This document shows positions 15,639 to 26,139 of a stretch of DNA of 64,000 nt, in pieces. Origin of the DNA: Eledone cirrhosa (lineage: Eukaryota); the NCBI GenBank assembly GCA_964016885.1, contig OZ024742.1:274226001-274290000 (forward strand), given 5' to 3'. Within the stretch, counting starts at the first letter, position 1. Every line of letters starts with the position of its first letter. Both the position numbers and the translations under genes were made by a program. The notes under the pieces were generated by a model, which did not search any database, was not told the origin of the DNA, and was given only the letters and a program-made list of their open reading frames with translations.

Positions 15639-16937
15639 CCTCAAAAAATATACTTACATATATACACATACATATATATTTGTATATACACATACATATA
15701 TACATATATATATATATTTATCGCATCTCAAGCAACATTTATTTATTGTGGATGTTACAATGTTTCAACTTCTCTAGATAGGCACCAGTGACATATATAT
15801 TTGAAACCTAAACATATAATAATTCAACGGAAATTAATATAACAATAAATGCTTCAGATTCTGGATGAATAGATCTCTTCCCTATATATTTTACATTATG
15901 GAATTTCATTATTTGATATGTATATACGTAATACTAATAACAACAATTTATTATTTGATTATTCTCCCTTATTTTAAAAATAATGTGTATTTTTTGCACA
16001 CATATATATACTCATTTCCGTTGCTCATGACTCGAGGATACATATGCTATATACGAGTGAAGGTTATAACGAAAACCTCATTATTAAATATAATTTTTAT
16101 ATTTAATGTAGATCAAATGAGTCGATAACACAAATATATTACCAGGCATATATTCAAAGCTCTAATGTGATTATAGTATCCAGAGAAGGATTCGCAAAAG
16201 ACAAGCCAGTCTTATTATTCACATATTAAGATTATGAATTCATGTGCATATATCATACTTTATGTATCTTCTTCTTCTTCTTACTGAAGCTGGCACATCT
16301 TTGCAGCAGATTTTGCAATTCTAGCACTTAAGTCAGACTCCTGCTGTAAATTAGGTATTAGTATTGGTGCTGTGAAATAGCGATGTGTATATGAATATAC
16401 GTATGGTATATTTGATAATATAATGTATATGTATTTTAAAAAATTTTGAAGACCATTTGCTATGAATATTAAAGTAGTGACTATGTCACTTACATGTTCT
16501 CGGGAAAAACAAAGGGGAGTAATCAACAGTTGAAGCGGCTACTGCTCTGTTTAATCAGCTCTTGGACATTACTGGAATTAGCAGAAAAACCGCCACACGG
16601 ACGTTTTTCTGCTAGCATATATAGTGTGGATATTGGTATTATACACAAATATATATGTATAGATGGAAAATAATGAAACGAAATTTCATTCCTCACTCTT
16701 AGTACGGCTGACACTTAAATGTAAGTATGTATGTATACGTTCATACATATATGTATACAGACGTACAGTAGTATTTATATATATATACATACATGCACAT
16801 ATATATATATGTATGTATGGGTTTACCGAACAGTTATTATAATGTTCGGTTTGTTTGTAAACATACAAACAGACCGAATTACACCGTACAGTGTTCAGGC
16901 AACCATCTTCGCCTTTTTGTTCAACACTGACACGGGA

Positions 16938-16979
16938 ACGATGTGCTAGTTTCAAGCTATTAGCTATCGTCAGCATCGT
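16938..16979 (-). ncRNA. Minimal hammerhead, mutated at U16.1 (GCA instead of GUA), probably impaired
   Basis: Minus strand: acgatg CUGACGA tagctaatagctt GAAA ctag C A catcgt. Confidence 0.65.
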
Positions 16980-17374
16980 ATACCTTCCTGCCAGATGATT
17001 GAACGTCTGAAAGTATATACTTTACTTATGCATATTAACGGCTGAGCAGCCTAATTTGCATATCGAGTGAGTTAGGCGGCCGGGCGCGCCGAAAACGATA
17101 AATGGAAAAGAATGAAACGAAATTTCATTTCTCACTCTTAGTACGGCTGATACTTAAATGTAAGTATGTATGTATGTATACGTACATACATATATGTATA
17201 CAAACATACAGTAGTATGTATATATATACATACATGCACACATATATATATGTACGTATGGGTTTACCGAACGTTTATTATAATTTTCGGTTTGTTTGTA
17301 AACAAACAGCCCGAATTACGCCGTACAGTGTTCAGGCAACCATCGTCGCCTTTTTATTCAACACTGACACGGGA

Positions 17375-17417
17375 ACGATGTACTAGTTTCAAGCTAATTA
17401 GCTATCGTCAGCATCGT
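17375..17417 (-). ncRNA. Minimal type I hammerhead ribozyme, intact core
   Basis: Minus strand: acgatg CUGACGA t agctaattagct t GAAA ctag UA catcgt; palindromic stem III actagt. Confidence 0.85.
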
Positions 17418-17532
17418 ATACCGTCCTGCCAGATGATTGAACGTCTGAATGTCTATACTTTCCTTATGCATATTAACGGCTGAGCAGCCTAATTTGCATA
17501 TCGAGTGAGTTAGTCGGCCGGACGCACCAAAA

Positions 17533-18446
17533 TATATTATAATAGAATATAAAAGAAAAACGAACACAGATATATAGATATATGTGTTCAAATCGTGAGG
17601 GACCTGATTCGCTGAGGTGAAAAGAATACTAACTATAGACAATTGGGTTCGCTTGTCTCAATTTATCCTAGACACACCTATGTATGCTATATATAAAAAA
17701 TAAAACAGCGCACTTGGCATCCTATCGAGTCTCACAAACCTACACCACTAAAAAAAAACAGCCAGCTTTACTCGACATTTGAAATAGCTCAACAAATTAA
17801 CGGAGCCGAATACATTAAATGTATAAATTGAGTTAGGAACTCAAAATAGTCTCTTACAACAAAATAACTCTAAGAAAGAGATATTTCTGAGCCGTATATT
17901 ATAATAAAATATAAAGGAAAAGCGAACACAGATATATAGATATATGTGTTCAAATCGTAAGGGACCTGATTCGCTAAGGTGAAAAAAATACTAACTATAG
18001 ACAATTGGGTTCGCTTGTCTCAATTTAAAAAAAAAAAAAATAAATAAATACAAAACGGAATTGTGGTAACTACCAATCACCCAGACAACTTGTTGTTTCG
18101 CAAAGTTAATTGTGCATAGAAATACTGATCCAAGCTCAGCAGTGGGTGATAAATTAGTATCCTAGACACATCTATGTATGCTATATATAAAAAATAAAAC
18201 AGCGCACCTGGCATCCTAGCGAGTCTCACAAACCCACACCACTAAAAATAGCAGCCAGGTTTACTCGACATTTGAAATAGCTCAACAAATTAACGGAGTC
18301 GAATATATTAAATGTATAAATTGAGTTAGGAACTCAAAATAGTCTCTTACAACACAATAGCTCTAAGAAAGAGATATTTCTGAGCCGTTTATTATAATAG
18401 AATATAAAAGAAAAGCGAACACAGATATATAGACATATGTGTTCAA
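17533..18446. repeat. Tandem ~493 bp unit: deleted copy (362 bp), full copy, partial copy
   Basis: Unit starts at 17533, 17895 and 18388; the first copy lacks the segment ~18026-18157. Confidence 0.9.
18076..18150 (-). ncRNA. Type I hammerhead ribozyme with one core substitution (CUGCUGA)
   Basis: 8-bp stem I atcaccca/tgggtgat; stem III acaac-aa-gttgt; GUC triplet; the inverted partial copy at 18447-18489 has the canonical CUGAUGA. Confidence 0.75.
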
Positions 18447-18546
18447 CTGATGAGCTTGGATTAGTATTTCTATTCACAATTAACTTTGCAGAGCCTACGA
18501 AAAGACATACCGGTACTATATGCCGTTGCGGCCGACATTAGACCGA

Positions 18547-18759
18547 CTTAAGGACAAAAACATTAACTACAATATCAACTGGTCGAGGTTGTCGGCCGCA
18601 AGGGCATATAGTACCGGTATGTCCTACTGTAGGCTCTGCGACCTTGAATTACTGTATATCCTTAGGAACGATAAAAGGCTACTCAACAACAAAATGGAAA
18701 GGTCAATTTTCTGCAGACACAGGATCGCTACTAAATTCACAAAATTTAAGCCACCGTGA
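18547..18759 (+). mobile_element. Naiad PLE extreme 3' coding fragment (GIY-YIG C-terminus); 3' UTR probably continues to ~19900
   Basis: LKDKNINYNINWSRL..ARAYSTGMSYCRLCDLELLYIL...LLN...CRHR parallels the end of ORF 5682..6473. Confidence 0.8.
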
Positions 18760-19558
18760 TTCGAACCAACATAACTTAGCATTCAACATATGAAATCCGC
18801 ACTCTCACACAGACCACCACAGAACTATAATATTCTTTAAACAGTTTCTAGCCTCCTTAATTCTATACCACAATAATGTCTGCAAATATCATATCAACAC
18901 ATAAATATATCTCTTCTCGGCTGCTGTCAACACCACCTCCTCACTCTTGAGTTTCAACAGATGAACTTAATTCTAAGTACATTATTTGACTACTACCAGA
19001 GTCCTTGACATATCACCTTCCTCCTGTTGTTATAACGAACACCCCAATGTTTCCGTAATAGTATTCATCATGTTCTCTCTATATTGCTTGCTTCCTTAAC
19101 CTCTGTATTACCTTATTGCCTATATTGTTGTTATTGTTGTCTCAACCATGCATGGTTTGTTATTGATGTGGTGAAAACTAAACAACCCCATGATTCGAAC
19201 TAACAATCCCTTCATCTAATATAGACCACTTAAATAATGAATCCGCTTTACACCACATAAAAATTACCATCCTCACTACAATGAAAATATTTTATCTGTC
19301 AGATAATAAATAAATCTTACGGTCAGCAAACCTACAGTAAAGTGAATGGTCCATTGTTTCAATCCCCAGTTATCTCTACACTATATATAATATACCCCAT
19401 GACAGCTTTTACATGTCAATTTCATACATCTGCTTTGTATCAGCTCGTTTTACATGCTAAAGTCATCAGTATACTCTATGTCTTACTTAGATTGATGTTG
19501 TGATTATTTTAACTATTTACGGTCTAGCTAATTTATTTGAGTATTGTGTATTTCCTTC

Positions 19559-19683
19559 ATTCGCGCATACTCTGATGAATAGACTAGTTATAACAAAGTA
19601 TTGGTGAACGATTGACGCAAAAACAAGCGGGTAGCGATCTCTAGACCTACCATTTCATAGAAACAATTGTCAGCAATGTGAAT
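19559..19683 (+). ncRNA. Degenerate long-stem-II hammerhead downstream of the Naiad fragment
   Basis: CUGAUGA 19572-19578, GAAAC aatt GUC 19660-19671, partial stem I attcgcg/tgtgaat, followed by AATAAA; stem II closure poor. Confidence 0.5.
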
Positions 19684-19900
19684 AAAGCCCTTATTGTATA
19701 GCAAACCATGTCACTCCTCTTACTTGATTTATTATTACTCCAAGCGTAAACTACATAGAAATCACCGCGTACTCGCAGCATCACTATGGAAACGTCTTGT
19801 TGAGTCAAACTTAGCCAAGCGTTAATACTATCCACTACTCGGAGTACCCTAACTGGACTACATCTAAGTGGACTACCTATAACAATAATTTGTTAACCCG

Positions 19901-19932
<32 letters not shown>

Positions 19933-22130
19933 CTAGCTAAACTACCCGTCCTTTGGACGGTTCAAGTAGCTTTCGATGTAGCTCATTAAACTAAACAAAG
20001 TAAATTTGAATACATAGAAATAAAACGTACTTTATGTAAACATGAAAACCTTAGGCACTATTCCAGCGAAATAATTAATATGTGAGCTCGGTGTCATCCG
20101 TTATACCATGTAACAACAGAAATCCAGTCTAGGTATACATCTTTTTGACAACAGTAAAAGTGCATCATGAAATAGAGAAGTGAAGTGAATAATAGACACT
20201 ATTGTGTACATAGGTTGGAATAACAATACAGATTGGACATAACAGGGGAGAACTGATGGATGAGCAAATCGTTATAAAAAGAGGCGGATGTTGGGTGGGA
20301 GCACTCATTGTCTTTTGGATTATTGATGAGCAAATTTTATACACAACATTTTTGTTTTTTTCGATCAGGAGCATAAATAAATAGGTTGTCAGGATTACCA
20401 ACTCGAGAACGGCCAATGTAAAACTGACCATGTGAAAAGCAATGTGTTCAAAGATCCAGACCAACAACTTTAAGAGATTGGCCTTGAGATTTGTTTATGG
20501 TCATTGCAAAACTAAGCTTGAGTGGGAATTGTAACCTTTTCATGGGAAATGGACAATCAGAAGGGGTAAAAGGAATTTTAGGAGTAAAACAGATTCATTT
20601 CGCCCGGGTCCTGTGATTATTTCTGCCTCAATTACAAGGTTCATCAGTTGCTTTACCACCAGTCTTGTTCCATTACAAAGAAGGGGGGGAGGGGGGGTTA
20701 CATTACGTAGCAGGATAACAGGAGCTCCAGCTTTTAGATACAACTCGTGAGGAGGTAGCCCTGGAAGATCGCGAGAGTTAAGAAACTCTGTTGGGAAGTT
20801 GCTCACTTGATCAAAGTCTGTAACAGTGTCAACTGACTTGTAACAGCGTTTAATAGAGGGCAACTAACCAACTATTTCGTGATTGATCAGCTTAACAGCA
20901 GCATTTGTGGGTGCAAGAATAGCCCTCTCACAAAGCCAATCAGGATTCATGAATTCAGTTGAAAATTTGGATAAACTGAAGAACATAAGTCATCGGGCGT
21001 TGAGACTAAGCAGCCAATGCTAGAAGTGTCAATGTATCCATTGTCGTCGGACTCAAGTTGACCATCACCGATTTAGAGGAGTTGAGTGGAAAATGGCGTG
21101 GGCGGATGACCAGTTCGTAATAGCGATCGCATATTAATTGTTAGTTTTTGTACCTCAAAAAACTGCCAAAAAGATGAATTTTTTAAGCAGGCGTCCACTT
21201 CATCAGCTGGTGATACAATTGGTACCACGGGAAGTGTCTGTCTGAAGTCACCTGCAAGAAGAAGAGTGGCTCCTCCAAATATATTGTCATTAGATCTAAA
21301 AACTTTCATTGTGACATCTAGTGCTTGAAGAGAGCCTTTATGGGACATGGTTGCCTCATCCGACACAATTAGTTTACAGCTTTTCAACAGAGCAGCTTCG
21401 TCAGAACTATGTGAGATATTGCAGATGGGATTCTCTTGATGGACGACGTTCAGTTGCAGCTTGAAGGTCGAGGGTGCTGTGCGCCACCTTCTAAAAGAGT
21501 CGCAGCTATACCTGAAGAGGCAACAGCAAGTGCAATGTCGCCATTCTGCCTTACCTTAGCAAGAATAAGATTAAGCAGAAATGTTTTACCGGTCCCTCCA
21601 GGTGCATCTATGAAGATAATCCCGCGAGTATTGCTGTATACCTTGTTTAGAACGGATTTGTATGCAGATTCTTGATCTGGATAAAGGAGAGGCTCGTTGA
21701 CAGCTAGTATTATCGAAGCATGTTTTTATCGTAGCTTGTTTCTCTGAGGAGGAGTCGATTAAAAGTTTCTCTTGGTTTCTACCCGGAGAAGGGAGGCAGT
21801 ATGCCTCCAAACGTTGGCCTCCTATTGCCACAGCTAAGTCCTCCAAGATAATTAGACCAGCATTATACATAGAGGGGGTAAAAGCAGTGGTGGAATGTTC
21901 GGTAGCTTGACAGGTTTGAAGCAATATATGTGGTCCCTGTATTTATACCACAATAAAAGTGAGTTAACAAAGTTGCAGAAAACCAGCATAATGGCGAATA
22001 GATGCCGAAGCTTTGACGGAGATCGACGGAGAGACGCTTCCTCAGGTGTACTCTCATAAAGGTTGTCCGTATTGATGAGTTCCCGTTTAAAGCAGGCATC
22101 CTTGAATGTCTTGCATAATTGACCGTCCAG
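19933..22130 (-). mobile_element. Helitron 3' half (helicase pseudogene + 3' terminus)
   Basis: Minus strand: hairpin ccgtcc-aaa-ggacgg then CTAG|t at 19933; FIDAPGGTGKTF, VASSGIAATLL, LAGDFRQTLPV, LCNGTRLVV, SQGQS; TFKDAC...LRHLFA linker. Confidence 0.9.
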
Positions 22131-22261
22131 GTTAACATATGTTGATGCCCTAAGGACAGACACTGGTCTTTTAGAGACGCAGGACTTTGCAGCGATAATG
22201 AGGGACACAGACCGCTGGAGAGAAGTCTTCCATGGATCTCGGGAATTTTACCCGCCCTAGA
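22128..22261 (+). mobile_element. RTE LINE extreme 3' fragment, same family as 3986-4448
   Basis: Closely matches 4313-4448 (aggttaacatatgttgatgccctaaggacagacactgg...ttttacccgcc). Confidence 0.9.
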
Positions 22262-22500
22262 GAAAGTGTTTGGTTCATCATCTCTCCCATGCTTCTAGCT
22301 GTCTTACCTATGTATGTCGTTGTCATGTGTCTGCACATACCCTCTGTACATCTGATGCTATAGGCTACATTTCTAGTTTTACAATTTATTTGAGGGTTCA
22401 TTCTACATATAATACATTTCTTTGTCATACAGTGGATTTTCTTAAATGGTCAGTTTTTCTGATCACAAGGAGGATTTTAATACTAATCCTACAGTTATAT
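22262..22500 (-). mobile_element. PLE GIY-YIG fragment related to the element at 2568-3917
   Basis: KKCIICRMNPQINCKTRNVAYSIRCTEGMC...YIGKTARSMGE versus KKCITCKISPHINCKTRNIVYSIRCTEGQC...YIGETARSIGE. Confidence 0.85.
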
Positions 22501-22504
22501 TAAT

Positions 22505-22800
22505 ATGCACATGTAAGTGTGTCATTGGTATAATTAGTCAAATAATTCTACACCAAATTATCCCCTAAATCAAACAGAAGATACATTTCAACCTTTAGGG
22601 AAATCCTAGAGAGCTGATTGATTGGTTCAAAATTATTGAAACTAATAAGTCTAAGAAGTTTATTCAATTTGACATTAGCTCATAGTATGCATCTATCTCT
22701 CCTATCCTATTAACTAAAGCTCTAATTATAGCCATGAATAATAGTGATTTAACTAGATCCCAGATAATACTATCATCAAATATGAAGATCAATTATACAC
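22505..22800 (+). pseudogene. Decayed Naiad RT fragment (not in ORF track)
   Basis: Manual translation: IGIISQIIL..., WFKII..., IQFDISS*YASISPILLTKALIIA, matching LQFDIDNYYSSISPILLNKALIFA at 7300-7375. Confidence 0.75.
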
Positions 22801-22804
22801 CTAC

Positions 22805-22876
22805 TGGGTCGATAAAATGAAGTACCAGTAATGCACTGGGTAATTGGTGGCTTTGTGCCAAATGTAGAAACAATTA
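22805..22876 (+). mobile_element. SINE 3' fragment
   Basis: gggtcgataaaatgaagtaccag...tgtgccaaatgtagaaacaatt shared with 63366-63539. Confidence 0.8.
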
Positions 22877-25800
22877 ATACCTTTGAATGGTTTGAAAAAC
22901 AATAGTTTATTTTTGTGTCGAACTTTTACGCAGTCGAACTTTTTATATCCATTATTAAAAATATCTTTGGAAATGTATTTTTATATTTTTCTAATGTTTA
23001 TTCGAACTGCACACCTGCTCTTATTAACTTTATAAACTCTTTTAATGCTTATGATATTTGTTTATTTGCTGATTATGATATATGTCTTGCACTATACTCA
23101 ACCATTCTGTAGCAGAATGTTTCTCTATAGCAGTATGTTTTTTCAATCATCTAAATTTTTTTTTATTTTTGTATTATTTTAATTTGTTCATGTTTATAGC
23201 TGCTCCTAATTTTATTGCATTTATATGCTCAAATTTTTCATATGCTTCTTCCGCCTTTATAATCTTTTCCTATATAGACTTAAGCTTACTTTCCCTATTA
23301 TGCATCCTCCTAATGTTCTTATGACAAAATTTGGTATTATATTTGTTTTTAACCATTATTATATACTCCGATGAAATCCGGGCTTGTGAAAGGATGCAAC
23401 GATCGTAAGTGAGTAAATGTTTAAAAACACTATTTGATTGTTATTTATAATGTACAGGGGTCACTTTATTCGACTTTCTCCTCCCCTAAAATTGTCATCG
23501 CACACATATCGCATAGTGGAAATTGGATTGTTCTCCTAAAAGAAACTTCAATATTATCCATGCATTTTATCATAAAACACTCTTCAATGTGCGCTTACAT
23601 TCTAAAACGAAGCAATGAATATGAATCATATATGACGCATTCATCGAGGTTTTCAGAAAATATAGTTTTGCTTAACCGGACCCATTTATTAGCAGTTCTA
23701 GTTTCTCCAAATCCCAACATATTTTAAAGATCAATCAGAGAAACTGGAGGAATATTTGGCTGGAAAGGCTCTTTCCTGGATTGGTACCATTTAATATTCT
23801 CGAATATTATACTATAAAATATTTCTGCCAGTTCAACTCTATTGATAATGATTTAACAGGTAATTGGTAGCTCTAGAATATTCTCCTAAAATAAAATATT
23901 CTATTCTGAAATTGATTCCAATCAAATGCTAGATTTGCAGTCCACATACGATAACCATCCAAGAAACAATCAATGCAATTAAATGTCATAATAGATTTCC
24001 CATACTGCATAAAACATTTGTTTACTAATATTTGCAACAATAATTCATCCTGACAAAAGGAATATAAATACATAATGCAAATAAAATGTAGAAGTTTAAT
24101 CAGTAGTAATCGCTCGAATTTATACTATCAGTGTTATTCCTCTTAGATAGAAACTTTCGTCTGTGTAGTTCGAAAGTGATTAACAGAAGAAATGTAACTT
24201 ACATCCCAAATTGATATTCATACACTGTCTCTATTGTTATATGAGTTTCAACATACAACTTTCAAAGAAATCGTTCTTACGGATTCTTACATAGTCAATT
24301 TTATGAGAAGACATTCAACGTGGTGACCATGATGCTGTTAAATAATTAAGATAAGAAACCATAGAACAATACTTTGAGCAACAGAAGGTTGGTATATGCA
24401 AGTGTTTAGTAGTGACAAATTAACTTGAATTTGTAAATGTTATACTTGCCTTCCAGTTACCTATGGAGCGAGCTATCTTAGACTTTCCCCAATTGAATAC
24501 CTAAGTACGTTGTACTAAATAATCGTGCTGAAATAAGGAAAATAATGGTAAATATATTACATGAAAATGAATATTGCTATACAGTTATATGGAAAATTTA
24601 ATATAAAATTCAAATCTTTCATTCATCCATGATTTTCTACTTAGAAATATTTACTGAAAATCAATTTCCTTCACTTATCGCCTATTCAATAGCAGCAAAT
24701 CATTAAAGATTTTCACCACTAGCTTTATAAAAGATATCGTTGACTGATGCCTCATTGCGATAACTAAATGTTATTGATTTCATTAGTTTTTGATTTCAAT
24801 TTCACAAAAATTATGGATAGGATGTTTACCTATCAATTATTAATTTTGTTTCTTTCTACATAGTAATTAATTTTGCTATTTTAATTAACTTTCGCAAAGA
24901 AAATATTTAAAACGTATAGAAATATATCCTAAGGTACTTTATGGCCCATTACACCACAACAACTCGGTGTAAATAATTCTTTAAAGATTTTATATTTTTC
25001 TCTCGTTTTAACTTTAATTTAATCGAATTTTGTCGTAAATATTGATTTATTTCTTAACTCTTAATGAACAGAAATATAATTGTCGACTGAAAACATAATT
25101 TCCCCTATCATTTTCTTCATCAATATATATTATCGTTTCGGAAATGAGGTCAATTAAGAATTCCTTGAGAATTAGACGGCAATTTAGATATTTCCTGGAA
25201 ATATGCATGAATAAAGTGTCAGGAAGAAGACAGAAAACTAAAGCCAGTCTATTCCAATATCACCTCATTAAAGGTTATTACAGTTATTAAAGGAGAAATG
25301 GGAAGAAGTCTTTCCATTAGTAAATTTTAAGTAGTATTATTGCGGCAACATTTAATTCCGATTAACAAGTATATTTCAACCTTTTTCTCTTGAGCAGGGA
25401 CTTTATTTCCTAAAATAATTATTAGAATTTCAAAAGTGGGTTTTTCTTTTTATTTTGCTTAAGTAATTTATTTGGCGTTCAGCTTTTAGGTTGCTTTAGT
25501 TCTTGTTGCATGTGGTGATTATATGTATTACTTTTTTTGTCGTTATTGCTATTAAGTGGCTCTATTTAGCTCAATTATTGCTTCACCTGACACGCTGATA
25601 ACCGATCTAGATACGCATACAATAGCTGTTATTCCTTTGTTTACACTATGAGTGCATAGATTGCTGGATTTTTAATGGAACATTTGCCTAAATTCATGGA
25701 GATTAACTGACTACATACAGGTTGTTGCATTGATGAGCTGAAACTAAAATGCATGTAGATATAAGTTATGTTGTTAGTCATGAATAAAGCCCTTCCCCAT

Positions 25801-26139
25801 ATAAAATTACTGGTGTTATTGAAGTTGTAGATGAATAATATCCTTTACCAAGGGATCATGCTTGATCATATTGACAAATGATCAAAACCGTTTTGACATT
25901 TTTATACTTAACCTTTTCAAATACGATATAATATGACATACGGCGCCTAATATGTCATATCATTTTTCAAGACATATGCTGTAAATATAATGTAAATCCT
26001 AGCAGGTCAAGCAATTACATAGGGTTTTATACAGAGGCTAATGTTTCCTCAATTGTTTCGAGTAGCAATGAGTATATATCCATGACACGTTTAAAAGTGG
26101 AAAATTATCATTAAATCCACACTCATGAAAATAAAAAAA

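Larger units (their letters stand above)
16663..17531. repeat. Two tandem ~439 bp units, each with a minimal hammerhead (retrozyme/pLTR-like)
   Basis: atggaaaa.aatgaaacgaaatttcatt at 16663 and 17102; units similar over their full length. Confidence 0.9.

Noticed and set aside
24203-24334. Possible minus-strand exon (tttaacag...gtaagt)
   Set aside because: All three frames contain stops over the full length and no product is recognisable
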